Source: Eledone cirrhosa
Taxonomy: Eukaryota
DNA length: 64,000 bases
Direction: 5' to 3'
NCBI GenBank assembly: GCA_964016885.1
Contig: OZ024759.1
Coordinates: 186,001 to 250,000, forward strand
Position numbers and translations under genes: made by a program. The notes under the pieces were generated by a model. It was given only the letters and a program-made list of their open reading frames with translations, did not search any database and had not been told where the DNA came from. Shown piece after piece: positions 44,475-58,600 of this stretch. How positions within the stretch are numbered: position 1 is the first letter of the stretch; the number at the start of each line of letters is the position of its first letter.

Positions 44475-47400
44475 ACATTACAGACTATATTAGTAACATG
44501 ACACAGTCTATATTAGTAACATGACAAAGTCTATATTAGTAACATGACATAGACTATATTAGTAACATGACAAAGTCTATATTAGTAACATGACAGTCTA
44601 TATTAGTAACATGACAAAGTCTATATTAGCAACATGACACAGTCTATATTAGTAACATGAGAAAGTCTCTATTAGTAACATGACAAAGTCTATATTAGTA
44701 ACATGACAAAGTCTATATTAGTAACATGACTGTCTATATTAGTAACATGACAAAGTCTATATTAGTAACATGACAAAGTCTATATTAGTAACATGACAGT
44801 CTATATTAGTAACATGACACAGTCTATATTAGTAACATGACACGGTCTATATTAGTAACATGGCAAAGTCTATATTAGTAACATGACACAGTCTATATTA
44901 GTAACATGACACATTCTATATTATTAACATGACAAAGTCTATATTATTAACATCATAACACAGTCTATATTAGTAACATGACATAGTCTATATTAGTAAC
45001 ATGACATAGTCTATATTAGTAGCATGACAAAGTCTATATTAGTAACATGACAAAGTCTATATTAGTAACATGACACAGTCTATATTAGTAACATGAGAAA
45101 GTCTATATTAGTAACATGACACAGTCTATATTAGTAACATGACAAAGTCTATATTAGTAACTTGACAGTCTATATTAGTAACATGACAAAGTTTATATTA
45201 GTAGCATGACAAAGTCTATATTAGTAACATGACACAGTCTATATTAGTAACATGACAGTCTATATTATTAAATGACACAGTCTATATTAGTAACATGACA
45301 AAGTCTATATTAGTAGCATGACAAAGTCTATATTAGTAACATGACAGTCTATATTAGTAACATGACAAAGTCTATATTAGTAGCATGACAAAGTCTATAT
45401 TAGTAGCATGACACAGTCTATATTAGTAACATGACACAGTCTATATTAGTAACATGACACGGTCTATATTAGTAACATGACAAAGTCTATATTAGTAGCA
45501 TGACAAAGTCTATATTAGTAACATGACAAAGTCTATATTAGTAACATGACACAGTCTATATTAGTAACATGACAAAGTCTATATTAGTAACATGATAAAG
45601 TCTATATTAGTAACATGACACGGTCTATATTAGTAACATGACAAAGTCTATATTAGTAACATGACACTGTCTATATTAGTCACTTGACAAAGTCTATATT
45701 AGTAACATGACACAGTCTATATTAGTAACATGACACAGTCTATATTAGTAACATGACAAAGTCTATATTAGTAACATGACAGTCTATATTAGTAACATGA
45801 CAGTCTATATTAGTAACATGACAAAGTCTATATTAGTAACATGGCAATGTCTATATTAGTAACATGACAAAGTCTATATTAGTAACATGGCAAAGTCTAA
45901 ATTAGTAACATGACAAAGTCTATATTAGTAACATGTCAAGGTCTATATTAGTAACATGACAAAGTCTATATTAGTAACATGACAAAGTCTATATTAGTAA
46001 CATGACAGTCTATATTAGTAACATGACAAAGTCTATATTAGTAACATGACAGTCTATATTAGTAACATGATAGTCTATATTAGTAGCATGACAAAGTCTA
46101 TATTAGTACCATGACAAAGTCTATATTAGTAACATGACAAAGTCTATATTAGTAACATGACAAAGTCTATATTAGTAACATGACAGTCTATATTAGTAAC
46201 ATGACAGTCCATATTAGTAGCATGACAAAGTCTATATTAGTAACATGACAAAGTCTATATTAGTAACATGACACAGTCTATATTAGTAACATGACACAGT
46301 CTATATTAGTAACATGACACAGTCTATATTAGTAACATGACAAAGTCTATATTAGTAACATGGCAAAGTCTATATTAGTAACATGACAAAGTCTATATGA
46401 GTAACATGACAAGGTCTATATTAGTAACATGACACAGTCTATATTAGTAACATGACAAAGTCTCTATTAGTAACATGACAGTCTATATTAGTAACATGAC
46501 AAAGTCTATATTAGTAACATGACAGTCTATATTGTAACATGACACAGTCTATATTAGTAACATGACACAGTCTATATTAGTAACATGACAGTCTATATTA
46601 GTAACATGACAAAGTCTATATTAGTAACATGACAAAGTCTATATTAATAACATGACAAAGTCTATATTAGTAACATGACAAAGTCTATATTAGTAGCATG
46701 ACACAGTCTATATTCGTAACATGACAAAGTCTATATTAGTAACATGACACAGTCTATATTAGTAACATGACAAAGTCTATATTAGTAACATGACAAAGTC
46801 TATATTAGTAGCATGACACAGTCTATATTAGTAACATGACACAGTCTATATTAGTAACATGACAGTCTATATTAGTAACATGACAAAGTCTATATTAGTA
46901 ACATGACAAAGTCTATATTAGTAACATGACACAGTCTATATTAGTAACATGACAGTCTATATTATTAAATGACACAGTCTATATTAGTAACATGACAAAG
47001 TCTATATTAGTAGCATGACAGAGTCTATATTAGTAACATGACAGTCTATATTAGTAACATGACAAAGTCTATATTAGTAGCATGACAAAGTCTATATTAG
47101 TAGCATGACACAGTCTATATTAGTAACATGACACAGTCTATATTAGTAACATGACACAGTCTATATTAGTAACATGACAAAGTCTATATTGGTAGCATGA
47201 CAAAGTCTATATTAGTAACATGACAAAGTCTATATTAGTAACATGACACAGTCTATATTAGTAACATGACAAAGTCTATATTAGTAACATGATAAAGTCT
47301 ATATTAGTAACATGACACGGTCTATATTAGTAACATGACAAAGTCTATATTAGTAACATGACACTGTCTATATTAGTCACTTGACAAAGTCTATATTAGT

Positions 47401-50400
47401 AACATGACACAGTCTATATTAGTAACATGACACAGTCTATATTAGTAACATGACAAAGTCTATATTAGTAACATGACAGTCTATATTAGTAACATGACAG
47501 TCTATATTAGTAACATGACAAAGTCTATATTAGTAACATGACATAGACTATATTAGTAACATGACAAAGTCTATATTAGTAACATGACAAAGTCTATATA
47601 AGTAACATGGCAATGTCTATATTAGTAACATGACAAAGTCTATATTAGTAACATGGCAAAGTCTAAATTAGTAACATGACAAAGTTTATATTAGTAACAT
47701 GTCAAGGTCTATATTAGTAACATGACAAAGTCTATATTAGTAACATGACAAAGTCTATATTAGTAACATGACAGTCTATATTAGTAACATGACAAAGTCT
47801 ATATTAGTAACATGACAGTCTATATTAGTAACATGATAGTCTATATTAGTAGCATGACAAAGTCTATATTAGTACCATGACAAAGTCTATATTAGTAACA
47901 TGACAAAGTCTATATTAGTAACATGACAAAGTCTATATTAGTAACATGACAGTCTATATTAGTAACATGACAGTCCATATTAGTAGCATGACAAAGTCTA
48001 TATTAGTAACATGACAAAGTCTATATTAGTAACATGACACAGTCTATATTAGTAACATGACACAGTCTATATTAGTAACATGACACAGTCTATATTAGTA
48101 ACATGACAAAGTCTATATTAGTAACATGGCAAAGTCTATATTAGTAACATGACAAAGTCTATATGAGTAACATGACAAGGTCTATATTAGTAACATGACA
48201 CAGTCTATATTAGTAACATGACAAAGTCTATATTAGTAACATGACAGTGTATATTAGTAACATGACAAAGTCTATATTAGTAACATGACAAAGTCTATAT
48301 TAGTAACATGACAGTCTATATTAGTAACATGACACAGTCTATATTAGTAACATGACACAGTCTATATTAGTAACATGACATAGACTATATTAGTAACATG
48401 ACAAAGTCTATATTAGTAACATGACAGTCTATATTAGTAACATGACAAAGTCTATATTAGTAACATGACACAGTCTATATTAGTAACATGACAAAGTCTC
48501 TATTAGTAACATGACAAAGTCTATATTAGTAACATGACAGTCTATATTAGTAACATGACAAAGTCTCTATTAGTAACATGACAAAGACTATATTAGTAAC
48601 ATGACAGTCTATATTAGTAACATGACAAAGTCTATATTAGTAACATGACAGTCTATATTGTAACATGACACAGTCTATATTAGTAACATGACACAGTCTA
48701 TATTAGTAACATGACAGTCTATATTAGTAACATGACAAAGTCTATATTAGTAACATGACAATGTCTATATTAGTAACATGACAAAGTCTATATTAGTAAC
48801 ATGACAAAGTCTATATTAGTAGCATGACACAGTCTATATTAGTAACATGACAAAGTCTATATTAGTAACATGACACAGTCTATATTAGTAACATGACAGT
48901 CTATATTAGTAACATGACAAAGTCTATATTAGTAACATGACAGTCTATATTAGTAACATGACAAAGTCTATATTAGTAGCATGACAAAGTCTATATTAGT
49001 AACATGACACAGTCTATATTAGTAACATGACAAAGTCTATATTAGTAGCATGACAAAGTCTATATTAGTAACATGACAAAGTCTATATTAGTAACATGAC
49101 AAAGTCTATATTAGTAACATGACAGTCTATATTAGTAACATGACAGTCCATATTAGTAGCATGACAAAGTCTATATTAGTAACATGACAAAGTCTATATT
49201 AGTAACATGACACAGTCTATATTAGTAACATGACAAAGTCTATATTAGTAACATGACAGTCTATATTAGTAACATGACAAAGTCTATATTAGTAACATGA
49301 CAGTCTATATTGTAACATGACACAGTCTATATTTGTAACATGACACAGTCTATATTAGTAACATGACAAAGTCTATATTAGTAACATGACAGTCTATATT
49401 AGTAACATGACAAAGTCTATATTAGTAACATGACAAAGTCTATATTAGTAACATGACAAAGTCTATATTAGTAACATTACAGACTATATTAGTAACATGA
49501 CACAGTCTATATTAGTAACATGACAAAGTCTATATTAGTAACATGACATAGACTATATTAGTAACATGACAAAGTCTATATTAGTAACATGACAGTCTAT
49601 ATTAGTAACATGACAAAGTCTATATTAGCAACATGACACAGTCTATATTAGTAACATGACAAAGTCTCTATTAGTAACATGACAAAGTCTATATTAGTAA
49701 CATGACAAAGTCTATATTAGTTACATGACAGTCTATATTAGTAACATGACAAAGTCTATATTAGTAACATGACAAAGTCTATATTAGTAACATGACAGTC
49801 TATATTAGTAACATGACACAGTCTATATTAGTAACATGACACGGTCTATATTAGTAACATGACAAAGTCTATATTAGTAACATGACACAGTCTATATTAT
49901 TAACATGACAAAGTCTATATTAGTAACATGACACAGTCTATATTAGTAACATGACATAGTCTATATTAGTAACATGACATAGTCTATATTAGTAGCATGA
50001 CAAAGTCTATATTAGTAACATGACAAAGTCTATATTAGTAACATGACACAGTCTATATTAGTAACATGACAAAGTCTATATTAGTAACATGACACAGTCT
50101 ATATTAGTAATATGACAAAGTCTATATTAGTAACATGACACAGTCTATATTAGTAACATGACACAGTCTATATTAGTAACATGACAAAGTCTATATTAGT
50201 AGCATGACAAAGTCTATATTAGTAAGATGACAAAGTCTATATTAGTAACATGACACAGTCTATATTAGTAACATGACAAAGTCTATATTAGTAACATGAC
50301 AGTCTATATTAGAAACATGACAGTCTATATTAGTAACATGACAAAGTCTATATTAGTAACATGACAAGGTCTATATTAGTAACATGACAAAGTCTATATT

Positions 50401-53400
50401 AGTAACATGACAAAGTCTATATTTGTAACATGGCAATGTCTATATTAGTAACATGACAAAGTCTATATTAGTAACATGGCAAAGTCTAAATTAGTAACAT
50501 GACAAAGTCTATATTAGTAACATGTCAAGGTCTATATTAGTAACATGACAAAGTCTATATTAGTAACATGACAAAGTCTATATTAGTAACATGACAGTCT
50601 ATATTAGTAACATGACAAAGTCTATATTAGTAACATGACACAGTCTATATTAGTAGCATGACAAAGTCTATATTAGTAACATGACACAGTCTATATTAGT
50701 AACATGACAAAGTCTATATTAGTAACATGACAGTCTATATTAGTAACATGACAGTCTATATTAGTAGCATGACAAAGTCTATATTAGTAACATGACACAG
50801 TCTATATTAGTAACATGACAGTCTATATTAGTAACATGACAAAGTCTATATTAGTAGCATGACAAAGTCTATATTAGTAACATGACACAGTCTATATTAG
50901 TAACATGACAAAGTCTATATTAGTAGCATGACAAAGTCTATATTAGTAACATGACAAAGTCTATATTAGTAACATGACAAAGTCTATATTAGTAACATGA
51001 CAGTCTATATTAGTAACATGACAGTCCATATTAGTAGCATGACAAAGTCTATATTAGTAACATGACAAAGTCTATATTAGTAACATGACACAGTCTATAT
51101 TAGTAACATGACACAGTCTATATTAGTAACATGACACAGTCTATATTAGTAACATGACAAAGTCTATATTAGTAACATGACAGTCTATATTAGTAACATG
51201 ACAAAGTCTATATTAGTAACATGACAAAGTCTATATTAGTAACATGACAAAGTCTATATTAGTAACATTACAGACTATATTAGTAACATGACACAGTCTA
51301 TATTAGTAACATGACAAAGTCTATATTAGTAACATGACATAGACTATATTAGTAACATGACAAAGTCTATATTAGTAACATGACAGTCTATATTAGTAAC
51401 ATGACAAAGTCTATATTAGCAACATGACACAGTCTATATTAGTAACATGACAAAGTCTCTATTAGTAACATGACAAAGTCTATATTAGTAACATGACAAA
51501 GTCTATATTAGTAACATGACTGTCTATATTAGTAACATGACAAAGTCTATATTAGTAACATGACAAAGTCTATATTAGTAACATGACAGTCTATATTAGT
51601 AACATGACACAGTCTATATTAGTAACATGACACGGTCTATATTAGTAACATGGCAAAGTCTATATTAGTAACATGACACAGTCTATATTAGTAACATGAC
51701 ACATTCTATATTATTAACATGACAAAGTCTATATTATTAACATCATAACACAGTCTATATTAGTAACATGACATAGTCTATATTAGTAACATGACATAGT
51801 CTATATTAGTAGCATGACAAAGTCTATATTAGTAACATGACAAAGTCTATATTAGTAACATGACACAGTCTATATTAGTAACATGAGAAAGTCTATATTA
51901 GTAACATGACACAGTCTATATTAGTAACATGACAAAGTCTATATTAGTAACTTGACAGTCTATATTAGTAACATGACAAAGTTTATATTAGTAGCATGAC
52001 AAAGTCTATATTAGTAACATGACACAGTCTATATTAGTAACATGACAGTCTATATTATTAAATGACACAGTCTATATTAGTAACATGACAAAGTCTATAT
52101 TAGTAGCATGACAAAGTCTATATTAGTAACATGACAGTCTATATTAGTAACATGACAAAGTCTATATTAGTAGCATGACAAAGTCTATATTAGTAGCATG
52201 ACACAGTCTATATTAGTAACATGACACAGTCTATATTAGTAACATGACACGGTCTATATTAGTAACATGACAAAGTCTATATTAGTAGCATGACAAAGTC
52301 TATATTAGTAACATGACAAAGTCTATATTAGTAACATGACACAGTCTATATTAGTAACATGACAAAGTCTATATTAGTAACATGATAAAGTCTATATTAG
52401 TAACATGACACGGTCTATATTAGTAACATGACAAAGTCTATATTAGTAACATGACACTGTCTATATTAGTCACTTGACAAAGTCTATATTAGTAACATGA
52501 CACAGTCTATATTAGTAACATGACACAGTCTATATTAGTAACATGACAAAGTCTATATTAGTAACATGACAGTCTATATTAGTAACATGACAGTCTATAT
52601 TAGTAACATGACAAAGTCTATATTAGTAACATGGCAATGTCTATATTAGTAACATGACAAAGTCTATATTAGTAACATGGCAAAGTCTAAATTAGTAACA
52701 TGACAAAGTCTATATTAGTAACATGTCAAGGTCTATATTAGTAACATGACAAAGTCTATATTAGTAACATGACAAAGTCTATATTAGTAACATGACAGTC
52801 TATATTAGTAACATGACAAAGTCTATATTAGTAACATGACAGTCTATATTAGTAACATGATAGTCTATATTAGTAGCATGACAAAGTCTATATTAGTACC
52901 ATGACAAAGTCTATATTAGTAACATGACAAAGTCTATATTAGTAACATGACAAAGTCTATATTAGTAACATGACAGTCTATATTAGTAACATGACAGTCC
53001 ATATTAGTAGCATGACAAAGTCTATATTAGTAACATGACAAAGTCTATATTAGTAACATGACACAGTCTATATTAGTAACATGACACAGTCTATATTAGT
53101 AACATGACACAGTCTATATTAGTAACATGACAAAGTCTATATTAGTAACATGGCAAAGTCTATATTAGTAACATGACAAAGTCTATATGAGTAACATGAC
53201 AAGGTCTATATTAGTAACATGACACAGTCTATATTAGTAACATGACAAAGTCTCTATTAGTAACATGACAGTCTATATTAGTAACATGACAAAGTCTATA
53301 TTAGTAACATGACAGTCTATATTGTAACATGACACAGTCTATATTAGTAACATGACACAGTCTATATTAGTAACATGACAGTCTATATTAGTAACATGAC

Positions 53401-55688
53401 AAAGTCTATATTAGTAACATGACAAAGTCTATATTAATAACATGACAAAGTCTATATTAGTAACATGACAAAGTCTATATTAGTAGCATGACACAGTCTA
53501 TATTCGTAACATGACAAAGTCTATATTAGTAACATGACACAGTCTATATTAGTAACATGACAAAGTCTATATTAGTAACATGACAAAGTCTATATTAGTA
53601 GCATGACACAGTCTATATTAGTAACATGACACAGTCTATATTAGTAACATGACAGTCTATATTAGTAACATGACAAAGTCTATATTAGTAACATGACAAA
53701 GTCTATATTAGTAACATGACACAGTCTATATTAGTAACATGACAGTCTATATTATTAAATGACACAGTCTATATTAGTAACATGACAAAGTCTATATTAG
53801 TAGCATGACAGAGTCTATATTAGTAACATGACAGTCTATATTAGTAACATGACAAAGTCTATATTAGTAGCATGACAAAGTCTATATTAGTAGCATGACA
53901 CAGTCTATATTAGTAACATGACACAGTCTATATTAGTAACATGACACAGTCTATATTAGTAACATGACAAAGTCTATATTGGTAGCATGACAAAGTCTAT
54001 ATTAGTAACATGACAAAGTCTATATTAGTAACATGACACAGTCTATATTAGTAACATGACAAAGTCTATATTAGTAACATGATAAAGTCTATATTAGTAA
54101 CATGACACGGTCTATATTAGTAACATGACAAAGTCTATATTAGTAACATGACACTGTCTATATTAGTCACTTGACAAAGTCTATATTAGTAACATGACAC
54201 AGTCTATATTAGTAACATGACACAGTCTATATTAGTAACATGACAAAGTCTATATTAGTAACATGACAGTCTATATTAGTAACATGACAGTCTATATTAG
54301 TAACATGACAAAGTCTATATTAGTAACATGACATAGACTATATTAGTAACATGACAAAGTCTATATTAGTAACATGACAAAGTCTATATAAGTAACATGG
54401 CAATGTCTATATTAGTAACATGACAAAGTCTATATTAGTAACATGGCAAAGTCTAAATTAGTAACATGACAAAGTTTATATTAGTAACATGTCAAGGTCT
54501 ATATTAGTAACATGACAAAGTCTATATTAGTAACATGACAAAGTCTATATTAGTAACATGACAGTCTATATTAGTAACATGACAAAGTCTATATTAGTAA
54601 CATGACAGTCTATATTAGTAACATGATAGTCTATATTAGTAGCATGACAAAGTCTATATTAGTACCATGACAAAGTCTATATTAGTAACATGACAAAGTC
54701 TATATTAGTAACATGACAAAGTCTATATTAGTAACATGACAGTCTATATTAGTAACATGACAGTCCATATTAGTAGCATGACAAAGTCTATATTAGTAAC
54801 ATGACAAAGTCTATATTAGTAACATGACACAGTCTATATTAGTAACATGACACAGTCTATATTAGTAACATGACACAGTCTATATTAGTAACATGACAAA
54901 GTCTATATTAGTAACATGGCAAAGTCTATATTAGTAACATGACAAAGTCTATATGAGTAACATGACAAGGTCTATATTAGTAACATGACACAGTCTATAT
55001 TAGTAACATGACAAAGTCTATATTAGTAACATGACAGTGTATATTAGTAACATGACAAAGTCTATATTAGTAACATGACAAAGTCTATATTAGTAACATG
55101 ACAGTCTATATTAGTAACATGACACAGTCTATATTAGTAACATGACACAGTCTATATTAGTAACATGACATAGACTATATTAGTAACATGACAAAGTCTA
55201 TATTAGTAACATGACAGTCTATATTAGTAACATGACAAAGTCTATATTAGTAACATGACACAGTCTATATTAGTAACATGACAAAGTCTCTATTAGTAAC
55301 ATGACAAAGTCTATATTAGTAACATGACAGTCTATATTAGTAACATGACAAAGTCTCTATTAGTAACATGACAAAGACTATATTAGTAACATGACAGTCT
55401 ATATTAGTAACATGACAAAGTCTATATTAGTAACATGACAGTCTATATTGTAACATGACACAGTCTATATTAGTAACATGACACAGTCTATATTAGTAAC
55501 ATGACAGTCTATATTAGTAACATGACAAAGTCTATATTAGTAACATGACAATGTCTATATTAGTAACATGACAAAGTCTATATTAGTAACATGACAAAGT
55601 CTATATTAGTAGCATGACACAGTCTATATTAGTAACATGACAAAGTCTATATTAGTAACATGACACAGTCTATATTAGTAACATGACA
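42064..55688. repeat. Tandem duplication, period 6790 bp (about 42064-48898 and 48854-55688)
   Basis: Constant +6790 offset: CATCATAACA (44951/51741), GTCTAAATTAG (43694/50484, 45895/52685, 47661/54451), GTCACTTGAC (45679/52469, 47376/54166), GACTGTC (44731/51521). One difference seen: G44661 vs C51451. Confidence 0.93.
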
Positions 55689-58600
55689 AAGTCTATATTA
55701 GTAACATGACAAAGTCTATATTAGTAGCATGACACAGTCTATATTAGTAACATGACACAGTCTATATTAGTAACATGACAGTCTATATTGGTAACATGAC
55801 AAAGTCTATATTAGTAGCATGACAAAGTCTATATTAGTAACATGACACAGTCTATATTAGTAACATGACAGTCTATATTAGTAACATGACACAGTCTATA
55901 TTAGTAACATGACAAAGTCTATATTAGTAGCATGAGAAAGTCTATATTAGTAACATGACAGTCTATATTAGTAACATGACAAAGTCTATATTAGTAGCAT
56001 GACAAAGTCTATATTAGTAGCATGACACAGTCTATATTAGTAACATGACACAGTCTATATTAGTAACATGACACAGTCTATATTAGTAACATGACAAAGT
56101 CTATATTAGTAGCATGACAAAGTCTATATTAGTAACATGACAAAGTCTATATTAGTAACATGACACAGTCTATATTAGTAACATGACGAAGTCTATATTA
56201 GTAACATGACAAAGTCTATATTAGTAACATGACACAGTCTATATTAGTAACATGACAGTCTATATTAGTAACATGACACAGTCTATATTAGTAACATGAC
56301 AAAGTCTATATTAGTAACATGGCAAAGTCTATATTAGTAACATGACAAAGTCTATATGAGTAACATGACAAGGTCTATATTAGTAACATGACACAGTCTA
56401 TATTAGTAACATGACAAAGTCTATATTAGTAACATGACAGTCTATATTAGTAACATGACAAAGTCTATATTAGTAACATGACAAAGTCTATATTAGTAAC
56501 ATGACAGTCTATATTAGTAACATGACACAGTCTATATTAGTAACATGACATAGACTATATTAGTAACATGACAAAGTCTATATTAGTAACATGACAGTCT
56601 ATATTAGTAACATGACAAAGTCTATATTAGTAACATGACACAGTCTATATTAGTAACATGACAAAGTCTCTATTAGTAACATGACAAAGTCTATATTAGT
56701 AACATGACAGTCTATATTAGTAACATGACAAAGTCTCTATTAGTAACATGACAAAGACTATATTAGTAACATGACAGTCTATATTAGTAACATGACAAAG
56801 TCTATATTAGTAACATGACAGTCTATATTGTAACATGACACAGTCTATATTAGTAACATGACACAGTCTATATTAGTAACATGACAGTCTATATTAGTAA
56901 CATGACAAAGTCTATATTAGTAACATGACAATGTCTATATTAGTAACATGACAAAGTCTATATTAGTAACATGACAAAGTCTATATTAGTAGCATGACAC
57001 AGTCTATATTAGTAACATGACAAAGTCTATATTAGTAACATGACACAGTCTATATTAGTAACATGACAAAGTCTATATTAGTAACATGACAAAGTCTATA
57101 TTAGTAGCATGACACAGTCTATATTAGTAACATGACACAGTCTATATTAGTAACATGACAGTCTATATTAGTAACATGACAAAGTCTATATTAGTAGCAT
57201 GACAAAGTCTATATTAGTAACATGACACAGTCTATATTAGTAACATGACAGTCTATATTAGTAACATGACACAGTCTATATTAGTAACATGACAAAGTCT
57301 ATATTAGTAGCATGAGAAAGTCTATATTAGTAACATGACAGTCTATATTAGTAACATGACAAAGTCTATATTAGTAGCATGACAAAGTCTATATTAGTAG
57401 CATGACACAGTCTATATTAGTAACATGACACAGTCTATATTAGTAACATGACAAAGTCTATATTAGTAGCATGACAAAGTCTATATTAGTAACATGACAA
57501 ACTCTATATTAGTAACATGACACAGTCTATATTAGTAACATGACAAAGTCTATATTAGTAACATGACACAGTCTATATTAGTAACATGACAGTCTATATT
57601 AGTAACATGACAAAGTCTATATTAGTAGCATGACAAAGTCTATATTAGTAACATGACACAGTCTATATTAGTAACATGACATAGACTATATTAGTAACAT
57701 GACAAAGTCTATATTAGTAACATGACAAAGTCTATATTAGTAACATGACAGTCTATATTGTAACATGACACAGTCTATATTAGTAACATGACACAGTCTA
57801 TATTAGTAACATGACAAAGTCTATATTAGTAACATGACACAGTCTATATTAGTAACATGACAAAGTCTATATTAGTAACATGACAGTCTATATTAGTAAC
57901 ATGACAGTCTATATTAGTAACATGACAAAGTCTATATTAGTAACATGACATAGACTATATTAGTAACATGGCAATGTCTATATTAGTAACATGACAAAGT
58001 CTATATTAGTAACATGGCAAAGTCTAAATTAGTAACATGACAAAGTCTATATTAGTAACATGTCAAGGTCTATATTAGTAACATGACAAAGTCTATATTA
58101 GTAACATGACAAAGTCTATATTAGTAACATGACAGTCTATATTAGTAACATGACAAAGTCTATATTAGTAACATGACAGTCTATATTAGTAACATGATAG
58201 TCTATATTAGTAGCATGACAAAGTCTATATTAGTAACATGACACAGTCTATATTAGTAACATGACACAGTCTATATTAGTAACATGACAAAGTCTATATT
58301 AGTAGCATGACAAAGTCTATATTAGTAACATGACACAGTCTATATTAGTAACATGACACAGTCTATATTAGTAACATGACAAAGTCTATATTAGTAACAT
58401 GACAGTCTATATTAGTAACATGACAAAGTCTATATTAGTACCATGACAAAGTCTATATTAGTAACTTGACAGTCTATATTAGTAACATGACAGTCCATAT
58501 TAGTAGCATGACAAAGTCTATATTAGTAACATGACAAAGTCTATATTAGTAACATGACACAGTCTATATTAGTAACATGACACAGTCTATATTAGTAACA

